From Marsupella aquatica (taxonomy: Eukaryota > Plantae > Marchantiophyta), in the NCBI GenBank assembly GCA_973895155.1, contig OZ316897.1, forward strand, positions 22,791,455-22,855,454: 64,000 bases of DNA, in the 5' to 3' direction. Shown here piece after piece: positions 1 to 13,560 of this stretch (the stretch's first letter is position 1; each line of letters starts with the position of its first letter). The position numbers were made by a program, and so were the translations under genes. The notes beneath the pieces are model-generated. The model was not told where the DNA came from, did no database searches, and was given only the letters and a program-made list of their open reading frames with translations.

Positions 1-419
1 TTTGTGTTTTTGATATTTTTTACTAGCGCCCCAAGCTAGTAATAGTAGTGTCTGACGCTAGCCAAAAATGATCATTTTTAAAAATATTTTGAAAATTTTG
101 AGTTTTAATGAGAAAATTTTTATATTTCATTTTTGCTCGTAACAGTAAAATTTTGCTCATAACAGGAAATCATTTTCCTGTTTCCTGGCACGGTGTAAAG
201 CCTTTGTGAAAAATTTGAGTCATTGTAGGTGAATGCGGGGGTGAATGCGAAGTGAAATCAACTTATCGCACCCAACTGACTAGTATTATTCTTGACTGTT
301 GTTTTGCGACTCATCTTACTCTATGATGTCACAGTCTCGCTAAATGACAAAATAGCAAAGAATGGTATATTTTCTTGGATATCCAATTTGACTCTTAGAT
401 GATTATCTTGGCAAAATTC

Positions 420-686
420 TGTAGTTTTGAAATTTGAGGGATAAATCTATCAATGTTGGTATTTCAAAATATATTTTCTTCATATGGATGTTTGTAGTTT
501 TGGAATTTAAACGATAAATTTATCTGACGTTGGTATTGCAAAATGGATTTTTTTTGTGGATGTTTGCAGTTTTGGAATTTAAGCAATAAATTTATGTGAT
601 GTTGGTATTGCAAAATAGATTTTCTTCATATGGATGTTTGCAATTTTGGAATTTAAGCAATAAATTTATCTGATGTTGGTATTGCT
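420..686. repeat. ~73-bp tandem repeat, about 3.7 copies, AT-rich
   Basis: Unit tg(t/c)agttttggaatttaa..ataaatttatctgatgttggtattgcaaaat..attttcttcatatggatgtt recurs at about 420, 494, 565 and 638. Confidence 0.85.
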
Positions 687-3600
687 AGCAAGTATTTGTG
701 TCGTCCGCAGTTTTAGCGATAATTTTATCGGACTGCATATTGCGGTTGCGACAACGACATGTTGCTATACATGTGTGTGTGGTTACTATGGTCTATTGTG
801 GAGGTAATTGCGAGGTGAGTTTGACAAACTGTGTGGTAACTTCTTAGCGACTAAGATGTAAAAAAATTACGGTAAATAACCAAAAAGTGGAAGAATTGGA
901 ATTTGGTTGGAACTTTCATGGTTCAAATCTGGAGTCCAATACTCATATTGGACATTGCTCAAAAAACGGATATGAATTTCTAGACCATTCATATATCTTT
1001 CGAGAGCATGAATTTGAGGTTTTGGCGAAAGATTTTTGGATCTAATTTTCCCATGATAAATTCAATGTTTGTGACCATGAATTCAGTGGTTTTGACCATT
1101 CCCAAATTTCCTTATTCAATCCAAACTCTGATACAAATTACATTATTTTCTTGAAAACCAGTTTGTCATGAAAAAAGTGCCGATTTTGCGAGATTCAGAG
1201 GAAAATAAAAGCACACCTCTTGTTTGCGGAAATAGTTCTTGTTTGATCGGAAATCGTGTTATACAAGGGTTTTGCAAAGAAAAATAACTTCCCAAATCAT
1301 GTTTGTGACAATTTTTGTGTAAATCCTGGGTCGCCATGTCGTAAATTCTGAGTATAAATATAAACCAAATACAAAAGAAATGATGTTTTCTTTTAACACT
1401 AACCATTTTATTTACTTAAATTTGATTTTTGTTAGCTCAATTACTTTGTATAACATTTGCTGTATTTTCATATTAAATTACACTAACCTTTATATAAGTC
1501 AGTGTTTAAAATAATGCCTGGGTAATTAAGTAACTACCCTTAAAACAAATAACCAGTTAATTAGGATAGGCAGGTGATCCTATTAGCTTGAATGAGAAGA
1601 CAGCAGGCTACTCTGTTGTATCACAAAGGCAGAAATTAGTTGGTGCTTTCTGCTCCATGGCTACATCAATGTTTTGGCTCCAAATCCTTGTCATTCCTGA
1701 GATTCATAAGACATTACAATTTTTAGCAAAAAACAATTTTGTCAACTCACCTGGATACTTAGACATTCTACCACTAGTGGCAGGCATGAGCTCCCATAAA
1801 TTCCCCTCAATGAACTTTCCAAAAGTATCCAACACTTCTACTGCATGTAAAGAAAATATAAAATATTTCCTTAAACTGCAATGTCATTCATTTGAGAAAC
1901 GGAGATTGAGTAGAGTTTTCTTGAACCCTGCTCGTTGACTAGTACATTCCAGGATATACCTCCAGTGTATTGTGAGGATGGGATTAATTTTAGTGTCAAA
2001 TTTGTCACAGACTCCTCTCGTCTTTTTAGAAAACGTATTGACTGCCTCTGTTTATCAAATCTAGTTCCACATGAATTCCCGCAAGAATTACTAAACACTG
2101 TATTCACCCTTGGGCAGTTGACTTCTCCTCTGAAGTGCTTTGCCCTCACTGATCAATGGGAGATCCAGATATAAGAACAAAGTAAAATCTAGAGATGGAG
2201 ATATAAGGACAAAGTAAAATCCTTTTCCCCTGATTTCTCCTCCCAACAATTGCAGTAGTTTGAGTTCTAGTCCACAGAGGCTCTAATTGACCAGTGAATC
2301 ATCATTCATGACTGGTAGCCAAGCTGGATTGGTGAGGAGAATTTACTCTGCTTTGGGAAAAAGGTGGTCTTTAAGACACGACAAGGATTCATTTTGTTTT
2401 ACAAGTTTATCAGGGAGTCCTACTCTGTTGTGACTTACAACAGATTCATGGAACAATTCTACTCCCTACTAGTGAAGATTAGAATCTAAACTGAATGACT
2501 TCTATATTTTCAGATGCTGATCTAGTCTAATTGTCTACCATCTGAGGCCATCTGTAAAACTTTCTTTTACCATTATTTTCATTGAGGAATCCTCTCCTTT
2601 AACCATTATTTTCATTGAGGAATTTCAGTTTGTTACTCTTGCACGCTGTACGTAGTCAATAGTACGTTGGATATGCTGCATGGAATAAATTTGATACTTG
2701 CTCAATCTGTTTGTATTTTTCTGCTTTGCCGTTCTTCCATTTGCAAGTGTTGCAATCAGCTCGATCCACATTAGTTTGCATGGATATATATCAGAAGATT
2801 GGAAGGCACGAATCCCTGGCAAGTTTGCAAGTCCTTTTTTCAAATTCAGGCGCTCTAAGCAATGTACTAAACAGGCAGACGGGGCAAACACTACAAATTA
2901 TTCCCATAGTTGCTTTGAAAAAGTCTATAGCAGAGAGCAAGTGGAAGCATCAACCGATACAGTGGATTGGAGTGACAGCAAAAGTCTTCCATACAGAGTA
3001 CACAAGACAACACATCTGGATGCCACAAAATCATATAATTATACCCTAAACAAAACAGATTGTGGAGTGAATAACTCTAACTAAGCTTAATAATTGAAAC
3101 ACCCTAATTATCCAAAGAAACAAGATGATCCCCGAGCTAGTGTTGGCATCGGTTCCTCAGGCATAGTTCCTGTCCTAGGTTGCCTCAGAATCTACGCCAC
3201 CTCCTCATTGGACTCATCATGACTAAGCAAGGGTCTCTTCATGAACAAGTTCAAAGTGAGACTACTCCCTTGGGCATAGTCTTAATTAATATGAGAAGTG
3301 CATGCAAACACTTTGAAAATTTAATATCAAAAGCATTATACATGCAAGCATTAAGTATCAAATTAATCAGATTCTTGAATGCACATGCAACTACATCAAC
3401 ATGATATGTCACAAACAAGAATCTAAATAATTTGACTATTCGTGTTTGAGTCAAGACAAAGAAAAACAGTTAGCTAGACCGTGTAATATATCCTAAAAGC
3501 AATGGAAAACTTACTGAAAGGTAGCATTTCAAGTAAACAAAGAAAAAGGTAAAGTAGGGGTCCTCTGGTAATTAGTCTAATTATTGAAATTTTTTATTTT

Positions 3601-3928
3601 AAATACTGACAAATAGAAAGAAACTCTTCAACTACTCTAACATTTAACAAGGTAAGTAACATAATTCGTTTGAGGAACCCTTGGTTATTTAAGTTTGATG
3701 TTATTATTCAACAACTAAGTTAGAGCACATGAAGAGTTGCATACTGGAATAGCTTTGGATATGGAGATGAGGGGGGAAAATAGTAACTATATTTTTCATG
3801 GTAGTAGTCCTGGATGCACAACTTTCCCTTGGTACTACTATGTCCATAGAGGCCATGCAAAATGTGTTATAGAAGCCGAAGGGTTTCTTACATTCCTTTG
3901 GTATTCTTTATTGATAGTAGTTGAAGGG

Positions 3929-4068
3929 GATTTAAAAAAAATTAAATTTTTTTCTTAAGGGAAATCTATGAAACCCCACAGAAAGGGAACAGTCAGCCAC
4001 AACATTTGAACACTAAACCTTTAAGTCACAATGCAAGTGAGTTACCACACAGCCATGCCTCTCTGGGC
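3929..4068 (-). mobile_element. tRNA-derived SINE-like element, copy A
   Basis: Similar to 16821-16966. The minus strand has an A-box-like tggctgtgtgg, a B-box-like gttcaaat and an A/T-rich tail. It is flanked by tagttgaaggg (3918-3928, 4069-4079), although that motif also belongs to a local repeat. Confidence 0.55.
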
Positions 4069-4567
4069 TAGTTGAAGGGTTTCTTATATTCCTTGGTGTT
4101 CTTTTGTCCATAGTAGCCAAAGGTTTATGACGGTACCTTGGTAAATGTTATAGTAGTTGAAAAGTTTCTTTCTACGGACCAATGGTTATTCCAAAAATTG
4201 TTAATTAAATAGAAAACGCATACAATCTACTGGAAAATACTGATATATCAATCATAATCCATCCAAATTTTATTTTCTTTTCATACCTTTCTTTGTTTAT
4301 TTGAAAAGTTACTTTTCATTTTTCCACTGTTTGTACAAGGACTACTTGTTTTTTACTTGTCGCAAATATACATAGTCTTGTTTTGTAGTTTTTGTGTAAC
4401 GAACACTAGCTTATTGTTTGTGACCAATAGTGCTGATGTGGCAACACATGCTTCCAGGGGTTTTGGAAGGAGATTCCCTTGGGGTTAGTAATAAACCCAA
4501 GAGAATTTTCAACTTCTCTAGTATTTACCAAGGTAATTTAAGAAACCGTTTGGCCAGCTACGCACTT

Positions 4568-4842
4568 TGGATAGATGAGTAACAAGCAAAAGCAAAGGTT
4601 TCATATAGAATTTTCCATTTAATCTCTTTCCTTTGATTCATCTATTTATTTCCAATGTGCAATACTTCATAGGTCCAAATAGCTCAACAAAAAAAACTTA
4701 CATAATGGATAGATGAGTAACAAGCAAAGGTTTCATTTAGAATTCTCCATTTAATCTCTTTCCTTTGATTCATCTACATTATCTCTTTCCAATGTGCAAT
4801 TCTTCATAGGAGCAAATAGCTCAACAAAACAAACTTACATAA
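4568..4842. repeat. ~138-bp tandem duplication
   Basis: ggatagatgagtaacaagcaaa...aaatagctcaacaaaa..acttacata occurs twice (about 4569 and 4707). Confidence 0.85.
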
Positions 4843-4994
4843 CCAAGGGGTATCGAACTAATTCTTTCTCTCACCTTTCACATCTTTTCACTCTTAGATA
4901 ATTTTTTCTCACCTGTACACCAGTTTTGTATTTTTTTTCTCATTTTGTTTTCCTTTTTTCGCTCAGTTTCTTTTCCTCACTTTGACTGTTTTTG

Positions 4995-5226
4995 TCACCT
5001 GAATACGTTTTTTCACGTGAACACATCACAGACAAAGGACTAGTTTCTAATAGAACAAAACAAGGCTCCATTTTTTTAATACGTTTTTTTTCACCTGAAC
5101 ACATCACAGACATAGGACTAGTTTCTAATAAAACAAAACAAGGCTCCATGACCTTGTTTTTTTGTTGTCATAGGACTAGTTTCTAATAAAACAAAACAAG
5201 GCTCCATGACCTTGTTTTTTTGTTGT
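4995..5226. repeat. Short tandem duplications upstream of the diterpene synthase
   Basis: ggactagtttctaata.aacaaaacaaggctccat occurs three times (about 5037, 5115, 5173). Confidence 0.85.
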
Positions 5227-5425
5227 TTTTGTTTTTGTTTTTTGTGGTTGGGGGGAATCTTTTACATGGAATCGAATAGCTTGCTATAATAGTCAATTCA
5301 AGGTTCTCGATCTATTGGACGGCCCATCGTCGTAGATCATTTTCGCAAGGGCGGAACTCAATCTTCCTTCTTTTCTTATTGTGAAGGTCTTACGTACGTT
5401 GTTGGAGTACTAGTATTGTTCAGCG

Positions 5426-8400
5426 ATGGTTGCAGCGGCGTCGTCATGCAGTAGGACGCTGGTTTCGCGAGCTTCGAGCGTACCTGTTGCAATTGACACC
5501 GTCGAGCAAGGGAGGACGAATGTTCAGATGGCAACGGCAGCACGGAGCTGCTTGTTACAAAGGCCCTATTATGATCCTCGATTGCGGCCCTTCGGGTCAA
5601 GTGTCCATTCCGTCTCCCAACGTACCTTTTCCAACTCGTCTAAGAGAGTGGTGGTTCGTGCTGCAGGTAACTAAATAAGCATTTCCATCTGTACCCTCTC
5701 CTTACTTGCCATCATTCTGATGATCTGCAGCTGCTGCCTTCGATCCGAGATGGTTTCAGAGGCAAATTTATTGACGAAGCTGAATGAATGATGTTCCTTG
5801 AAGCACGCCATCATTCTGTAGCTACTATTGACGAAGCTGAATGAATGATGTTACTTGGAGCACTTCTCTCCATGCCATCATTCTGTAGCTACTATTGACG
5901 AAGCTGAATGAATGATGTTACTTGGAGCACTTCTCTCCATGCCATCATTCTGTAGCTATAGCTAGCTGCCGAATAGGACGTTCTCTTCTTGCTGAGCATA
6001 CAAATTGACCATACTGATCGAATGAATGATGTTAATAACTTGCGGTACTTCTGGATCTACTATCTCACTACGGTAGTAACTGGGTCGAATCACCTGGAAT
6101 GCATTGGTTCCTTTCCTCGCTGACTACTCGGTCGAATAACATCGACGTCTAAGACCATTTTGGGATCGACTCTAAGACCCCCGAGGAGCCGGTGGCTAAC
6201 TGACCAGGATCCCAACCCCGGCTGTGGCTTTCGCGAATTCATTCATGTTGATCAAGAACAGCAAAGCTCAAATTTGATCTATGCGCTACGATGAAACTTG
6301 AACTGACTCTTGTCGTGGTCTCCAATGATTTCTACAGAAAAATCTGAGAAGTTGCTTTTTGTTCAGATTGTATATCAATCAACCGGTAGATATAAATTGA
6401 GATAAATGACGGGGCTACCCAGATTGCAGACTTGAAAATCTTGAAAGCTTAATTACAACATACTGCCATCTTGAGATGGTATTTTAATTAATTAAGCCCG
6501 GTCCATACATTCATACCTATGGACTTACGTTGGTTTGCATGTGTGGGAAACTGTGCGTTGATCGTCCAGCACTTGTCACAAGCTTCGAACAGAACGTGCT
6601 GGGGTCTCTAGTTCCCAATCATCGAAACATTCAGACGGAGCCAGACATTGACAAGGTGCATCTGATTGATTGCTCGGCAATTTAACGGTTGCTTGGATAT
6701 ATTATTGCATAGATGAGATCTATCCTATAGGTGCAATTAAAAGCTCCCGCAATTTTTAAAAGATTTTTGTGTCTCTGTACTAAGCAACAAGAAGTTTTAA
6801 ATCTTATTCGAAAGAGAATCTAGACATCACGGCCCTTTCTGAGTTATTTTGATGAGAAAATGTTGTGGATGATGCCTCAACTTAGGATACGGGCAACGAA
6901 GCGGATGAGATGAAACACTGGATTGAGGAGATCCGTGCGATGTTCCAATCCATGACGGATGGCGAAATCACCAGTTCACCCTATGACACTGCGTGGGTTG
7001 CCCTCGTGCCTGCTCTCGATGGCTCTGACGGACCACAGTTCCCCAAATCCTTAAAGTGGATCATTGAAAACCAATTAGCAGACGGGTCTTGGGGCGACAG
7101 AGCGTACTTTTCATACTATGACCGCGTCTGTAACACCTTGGCTTGCATCATCGCTTTGAAGACCTGGAAGACCGGATCAGTCGCTGTAGAAAAAGGTAAT
7201 GAAGACCACTACAGCCTCCTTTTTCTCTGGAATCGCAATGCTTGGCTACATGTTGATGTAGACTTGCGCTGAGACTGGTGTACGGCGACAAGATGATCCG
7301 AGGTTTCGCAAAACATGCCTGGAATTGAGTTGGATTCTGTAACCCTCTCTCCCTACGCGCTTCTGTTTTGGAAACACTTTACCCAGGATTTACGCATAGT
7401 CATTGTCCGTGATACCCATATGCCACATTTCAGGGATATGTTCTTTCATAGTTTTTTTCCTGTAGGTGTCAAATTTATCCAGAAAAATCTTCAAGAGATG
7501 GAGAAGGAGGTCGATGCCTACATGATGATCGGCTTCGAAATCGTGTTCCCGACCTTGATATCGTACGCGAAGGGCCTTGAGCTGAACCTTCCTTTCGACG
7601 CCCCGATCATATCGAAATTCTCCGCCGAAAGGGAGAAGAAGCTTGCAAAGTACGTGAAAAGTACATATTCGAGATTCTAGATTTTTCTATTTCTTGTCAT
7701 CATGCATGATGAAAATTTGATCGGTTTCAGTTTTAACTTGGTTTTTGGCTGCAAATAATCTCGACCATCTGTAGGGCTCCTCACATTAGGGGGCCCTTGA
7801 AGAATTGGAGGGAACATTTCGTCAGTGCCTTACGTGAAATCTTACGCATGAATTCAGGATCCCCATGGATATTATGCACAAGGTGCCAACAACTCTCCTC
7901 CACTCTCTGGAAGGATTTCATGAGGAATTGGACTGGGAGAAACTTCTGAAGCTGCAAAGTGAGGATGGCTCGTTCCTCTGCAGCCCTGCTTCGACTGCGG
8001 CATGCTTGCTTCACACCAAAGACGAGAAGGCCCTGGGCTATCTCAACAGACTCCTCGATCGCTTCAGCAATGCTGTGCCCAACGTGTATCCGGTGGATCT
8101 CTTCGAGCGCATATGGACCGTGGACCGACTTCAGCGCCTTGGAATCGATCGCTATTTCGAGAAGGAAATTAAGGACTCCCTCAACTATGTTTACAAGCGA
8201 GTATCTGTACCATCGCCCCAAGATTTCAACTCTTCTTTAGATTAGAATTGTCTGTTCAAGGTATCCCATTAAATTGCAGAGGGGCATCTACTGTAGATTA
8301 CACTGTATTCTTGGACAGCCCTAGAATAAATCTTTTATTGTTTCTAGTCTTCTTTAGATTAGAATTGTTGTTCAAGGTGTCAGGGGCGTCTTCTGTAGAT

Positions 8401-11400
8401 TACACTGTATTTTCCGACAGCCCTAGAATAGATCTTTTATTGTTTCTACTCTTCTTTAGATTAGAATTGTCTGTTCAAGGTCTCCCATTAAATTGTAGAG
8501 GGGCATCTACCGTAGACTGCACTGTATTGTTCGACAGCCCTAGAATAAGTCATTTTGAGAATCTTGCTGTAATTTTGTATACTTTTCTTAAGATATCAAA
8601 TCTGTTCACTGTATCCTTCAAGTCAGAGGAGGAATATTCAGATACCGCTCTCTTCTTCCGGAAAAATTATTGAGTAAGGAATCTCAAAGGTCGGAAACTG
8701 GTCTTGGCTCTCTCGCAGATACTTCACGAGCTCAGGGATCGGGTGGGCAAGAGGATCCGCTGTGCAGGATTTAGATGATACAGCCATGGGTTTCCGGCTG
8801 CTTCGCCTACATGGTTACGATGTCAATGAGGGTGAGTCCTAGCTTCTGGAAGGTTCCAGCCCATTCGCTCACCTATGTTTAGTCACTGAAAAATTGTGAT
8901 GTACAAATTTTTTACGAAGTTTGGGAACCAACTCAATTACGTTCTCATTCAAGGATCGTGCAGAAATGCCTTCACACTCCAGGCCTTAATTCCCTTCCTT
9001 ATATGGTTGAAAATAATTGTTAGATCATCGTACTTGCAGATGTCTTTCGACAATTTACAGAAAAAGATTCAGAGTTCGTCTGTTTCGCTGGTCAGACGGG
9101 CCAAGCTGTGACGGGTATGCTCAACTTCTACCGAGCAACACAGACACGATTCCCTGGTGAGACCCTCCTAGAAACTGGGGAGCACTTTGCCCGGGGCTTT
9201 CTCGTGGAGAGGCATGAAAAGAACGAGTGCTTTGACAAGTGGATCATCACCAAAGACCTTCCTGGAGAGGTTGGTGGTGCAAAGATCATTGACGTCCAAT
9301 TCAAGCAACGCCTCCGTGCCTGGGTTCTTCAATTTGAAATTAGGCACTTCTGCTCAATTTTATCTAATCGATTACATTCCTTTCTTGGGTCTGCCAATGC
9401 AGGTCGAGTACGCCTTGACAACACCCTGGTATTACAGTATGCCAATAATTGAAACTGAGACCTACTTAAGCCATTACGGCACCAATGATATCTGGATCGG
9501 AAAATCCCTGTACAGGTAAATGACTGTAGCGAAAGTACATCATGTCTTCAAGTTGACGGTCAACCTTAGTTTGTCCCAATTCAACACTAGCTACCCTTTC
9601 AATATATGTACTCTAAAGGAGCCCGTGTGAACAGTCAGCAAGCGAATTTTGACCACGCTGGGCAGTGTAATGGGCAATGTTCAGTTCATCACAGATCAAT
9701 ATTAATCATCACCTTACTTGAATCCCTCTTCAGCTGCTGACGTTAACAATTGTAAAATTTCTAGATCGCATATTCATTCTCTGAAGTAATAAGTATCTTC
9801 GAAATTCGTATTCGCAGAATGCCATATGTTAACAACGAGACCTTCCTGGCTCTCGCCAAAGCCAACTTCAATCTCTGCCAAGCGAAATATCAGGAGGAGT
9901 TGAAAAACGTGACGAGGTATTGTTCATTTCGATTGACAATTCTGTCAGGTAGCCTACTTTGTCCAGACTTTTGGGGCACGTAGAATTGTTTTCATTGAAA
10001 AATAGGTGGACAGCCCGAAAGACGCATGATTGGATTCGCCAAGTTCGTCGATGCCTGGAACTTCGCCGGCTATGAGGCTGACCTTTGGCTTATGTTGTTC
10101 TTATTAGATAGCGTGTTCTTTGAACACGAAATCTCTAGCCAAGGTAGTATTGCTTGGTTTGGGTTGGAATCTGATACATTCCTGTTCCATGAGTATTTTA
10201 TGTACAATGAATTGGGCCTGTAGCCCGTATGTCATGCGGGATGTCATGCCGATTAATCTTAATAACTTTTGCATTGACAGCTGGGTAGACGATTGCGGGT
10301 TTGGAAAGCTGACGTTCGCGCGCCAGACCTGTATTGAGGTCCTCTTCTCGGCTGCTTGCGTGCTCCCGAGCCCGGAATTTTCTCCGGCGCGCTTGGTGTG
10401 GACACGTACTTGTGTTCTTGTCACCGTGTTGGATGATTACTTTGATGTTGGAGGTAACTTAGCCGACATGCGCAAATTGGTCGCTGCTTTCAAAGAGTAA
10501 GCACAGTCCTTCCCTACCAACCTCCGGGCCCACCTCAATGTCTATCGAATGATCAGCTTGTCAAATTGAAGACTGCCATGAAATTCAAAGATTGCGATCG
10601 AGGAACTGAGCTGACTTAATCTTTGTAGATGGAATCCTTCTCTGATGGACGGGACGGCTGGGGAAGCTCAAATTGTTTTCAACGGATTGTACAATACCCT
10701 CAGTGCAATGACCAAGGAAGGCACAATCACGCAGGGCCGCGACATTGGCCAACACCTGCAAACGATTGTGAGTTTTGAAGCACTTCTGGGCAACCTCTTT
10801 AGAGATTGCCCTTCATCATCTGCAGCTCAACATCACAACAAGTAATGAATATGATGTGTATATGAAGGAAGTTCTTGAGTTCTGGTACTCATGTTATGGT
10901 TCCGACAGTCAGGACATTGGTTAAATCTGGCTGAAATAATGTGCAGTGGCTGAGATGGCTAGAGTCGTGTTTGACGGAAGCAGAGTGGACAACATCATCG
11001 GTCATGCCGTCCTACGATGAGTACATGACCAATGCACTACCTTCTATAGCGCTGGAGCTCATCATGCTCTCCACTGTTTTCTTCTTGGGAGAAGCAATTA
11101 GCGACGAATTCTTCAACGATCCGCAGAAGCTACGACTTGTGGAATTGACAAGTCATATTGGGCGACTTCTCAATGATATCCAGGGCTGGAAAGTAAGTCG
11201 ACCGCCTGCCCATCACTTTGGTCGATACGTTTTGCTACTGTTCTACAGTATGTTTGCAAAGCCATTCTTTGAATGAATCTATTAGTAAGCGTTTTTTCAC
11301 CTAAAATTTTGGTAAAGTACCTGAATTTCGGATGTCTCTCTTTTGGCAGAGAGAAAGCTCCCAAAACAAAGCAAATGCCGTCTCAATCTTGTTGCGAGAC

Positions 11401-11637
11401 AACCCCAGCTGGACGGAGGACGAAGCGATTTCAGACATTAGAGCCAAGGTGGAAGGGTCCATGCTCGAGCTGGTGCGAGACGTTCATCAACCGTCCCACA
11501 TCCCCAAATCTATTAGGCAGCTCCATTTCGAAACGGCGAGAAATATGTTTCTGTTCTACCAGACAAGAGACGGCTACACTGACCGCTCGGCAGTGGCCGA
11601 AATGGTGAAGAAAGTTCTCTTTCAACCCGTAATTTAA
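5426..11637 (+). CDS. Bifunctional (class II + class I) plastid diterpene synthase, CPS/KS-like, 13 exons, about 867 aa
   Basis: Exons 5426-5666, 6570-6655, 6886-7195, 7466-7649, 7858-8196, 8719-8831, 9040-9269, 9403-9515, 9818-9916, 10281-10496, 10629-10767, 10947-11192 and 11350-11637 join in frame (2604 nt). Motifs: S/A/R-rich transit peptide, SPYDTAWVA, QLADGSWG, LHS, PNV, DLDD (DxDD), DDYFD (DDxxD), RLLNDIQGWKRE (NSE/DTE). Confidence 0.95.
5769..5958. repeat. ~60-66-bp tandem repeat x3 in intron 1 of the diterpene synthase
   Basis: tattgacgaagctgaatgaatgatgtt.cttg.agcac...gccatcattctgtagcta is repeated three times. Confidence 0.9.
8233..8548. repeat. ~100-118-bp tandem repeat x3 in intron 5 of the diterpene synthase
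   Basis: ttctttagattagaattgt.tgttcaagg...gtagattacactgtatt...gacagccctagaata is repeated three times. Confidence 0.9.
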
Positions 11638-13560
11638 CCGGTTAGGAGTCGAGCACAGTGAAGCGACGTACCTGGGTGCCCTTCTGTCACACCCAAACTC
11701 GCAACAGGGGCGAATCGATGCATCGATGCTCCCCGTGATGGTTGATCGTTCCAGAAATCCTACTGTAGCTCCAGAATCAGTCTGTGGGAGATACGGACCG
11801 CCCACATGCAAAATTCTAAGCTGATCGAGAACGAACATCTCCAGAATCAGTCCGAATCTGTCCCATGTAAAATTTCACTAAAATAATGAAACTTCAAATG
11901 GACAATTGGATATAAAGTCATTATAAAGAATTACATACTTGTCTCATAGAAAGGTGAGTTGCATCCGTGGGTGGGTACAAGGTAGTTTAAATTGTTTTGT
12001 AAATAAAACTGATTAAGTTCTCACTGAATAGAGGGATGTTTAATACCAAAAATGCATATGTGTCATCACATGGTTGGTGTCCTACAACTTTATATAAAAT
12101 GATTTAGAGGGGTCATATAAATACCCCAAACTTTCACATGTGATATATGGACCTGCTACTACCTTTAGTTAATTTTGGTGAAATATATTATGTGATCAAA
12201 TTATTTTTATAATTGATTTTTTTAAATTTTGCTGCCATTACAATTATAACAAAAATAGTTAAAGTGAAACATTTAGCCATTTATGGAGTCATTTAGTTCT
12301 TTGCATTTAAAAAAAAATTATGCCTGGACTGTTTTGACAGCATGGAGTCCCAAATTTTACGCTAAAAATGACACAAATACGTCGAGGCAGTTATTTGATT
12401 CACAAAACCTATTGTAATAGTTGTGTTTGTTGCACATGTTGGCGTGGCATGCTTTGGTGCTTGCTGGGAGTTTAGCAATGGACCCCTCATGGAGTCCGTA
12501 AATAAATGAATAGCTAGGGTGGGGGGGGGGGGAGAGTAATTCCAAAAATAATAAAAGGAGGTCGATTGAAACACAAATTAGTTCGTGGACCCCTTGGCTA
12601 ATAAAATCAGGGGAAAGAGTCGATCTGAGTCGTCTCCATTTCTTATCTCCGGAAATCTCGTCCGTCCATCATAATGGCCAATCTATGGCTCAAAAGAAAG
12701 ATCTCAAATAGATCTATGGATGGGTTCTGTCCGTTTTGCAAATGGGTTAATACTTTTCAAATGAAAATTAAACAAATCCAAGCCTTCCTAGCCGTCGATT
12801 TTGTTGATTTTACGATCTTTGCCGTCCATTTTGTAATGCCTCTAGAAATCTTATTCATCCATGTTAGAAGGCGATCTAGGGTGCAAAAGAAAGATCTCGA
12901 TGAGATCTACGACTGGGTATTTTTTGTTTTGAGAATGAGTAAATAGTTTTGAGTATAAAATTTGATGAACCTTCAATATTCCAGCCATTCCTCCTCCTCG
13001 ATCTTGGGTTTCTATGTGCTCTTCCTAGCATTAATGGCCGTACAATACGAGAGGTCCTTACATACCGGGAGTTGCGGTTTAACAAGGAAGTTATCAAGTT
13101 AGTTATTAGTCATTATTTCTTATATGAAAAATACTTTTTATAAATCTTTGAATTTAAGTTTTAAAATTGGAAATGTAACTAAAACGGTTACATAGTGACA
13201 GTTTTAACCGTCTTGCTCTTTGCATTTCCAATGTTTTTACTTTTCTTTTTATGGCACGGCGTCCCAAAATTTACACCCAAATTGACACAAACACGAATGA
13301 AAACTATAAGTTTGATTCACAAAATCGATGAACCTGGAGAATGGAAACTAGAGTCGTTCTCGGTGAGAGATTTGTAGTTGAGCTTCGGTGATCTGCTAGA
13401 GTAGTTGAGGTCGATCAGTCCTAATTGAGCTTTAGTGCTCACCAAAAACATTCGAATAACAGCGACAAAAACTCGGCAGCTTGGACGTGCATAGATCCTC
13501 GATTATCTCCTTATCGTTTTTTCTTTCATTCAATCACTGTTTCTGGTTTCGTACCGATTC

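Noticed and set aside
1588-3454. Decayed transposase or other coding relic
   Set aside because: The frames are stop-ridden and show no motif I can recognise. A BLASTX search would be needed.
8248-8673. 141-aa ORF with internal repeats
   Set aside because: It lies in intron 5 of the diterpene synthase and results from the intronic tandem repeat.
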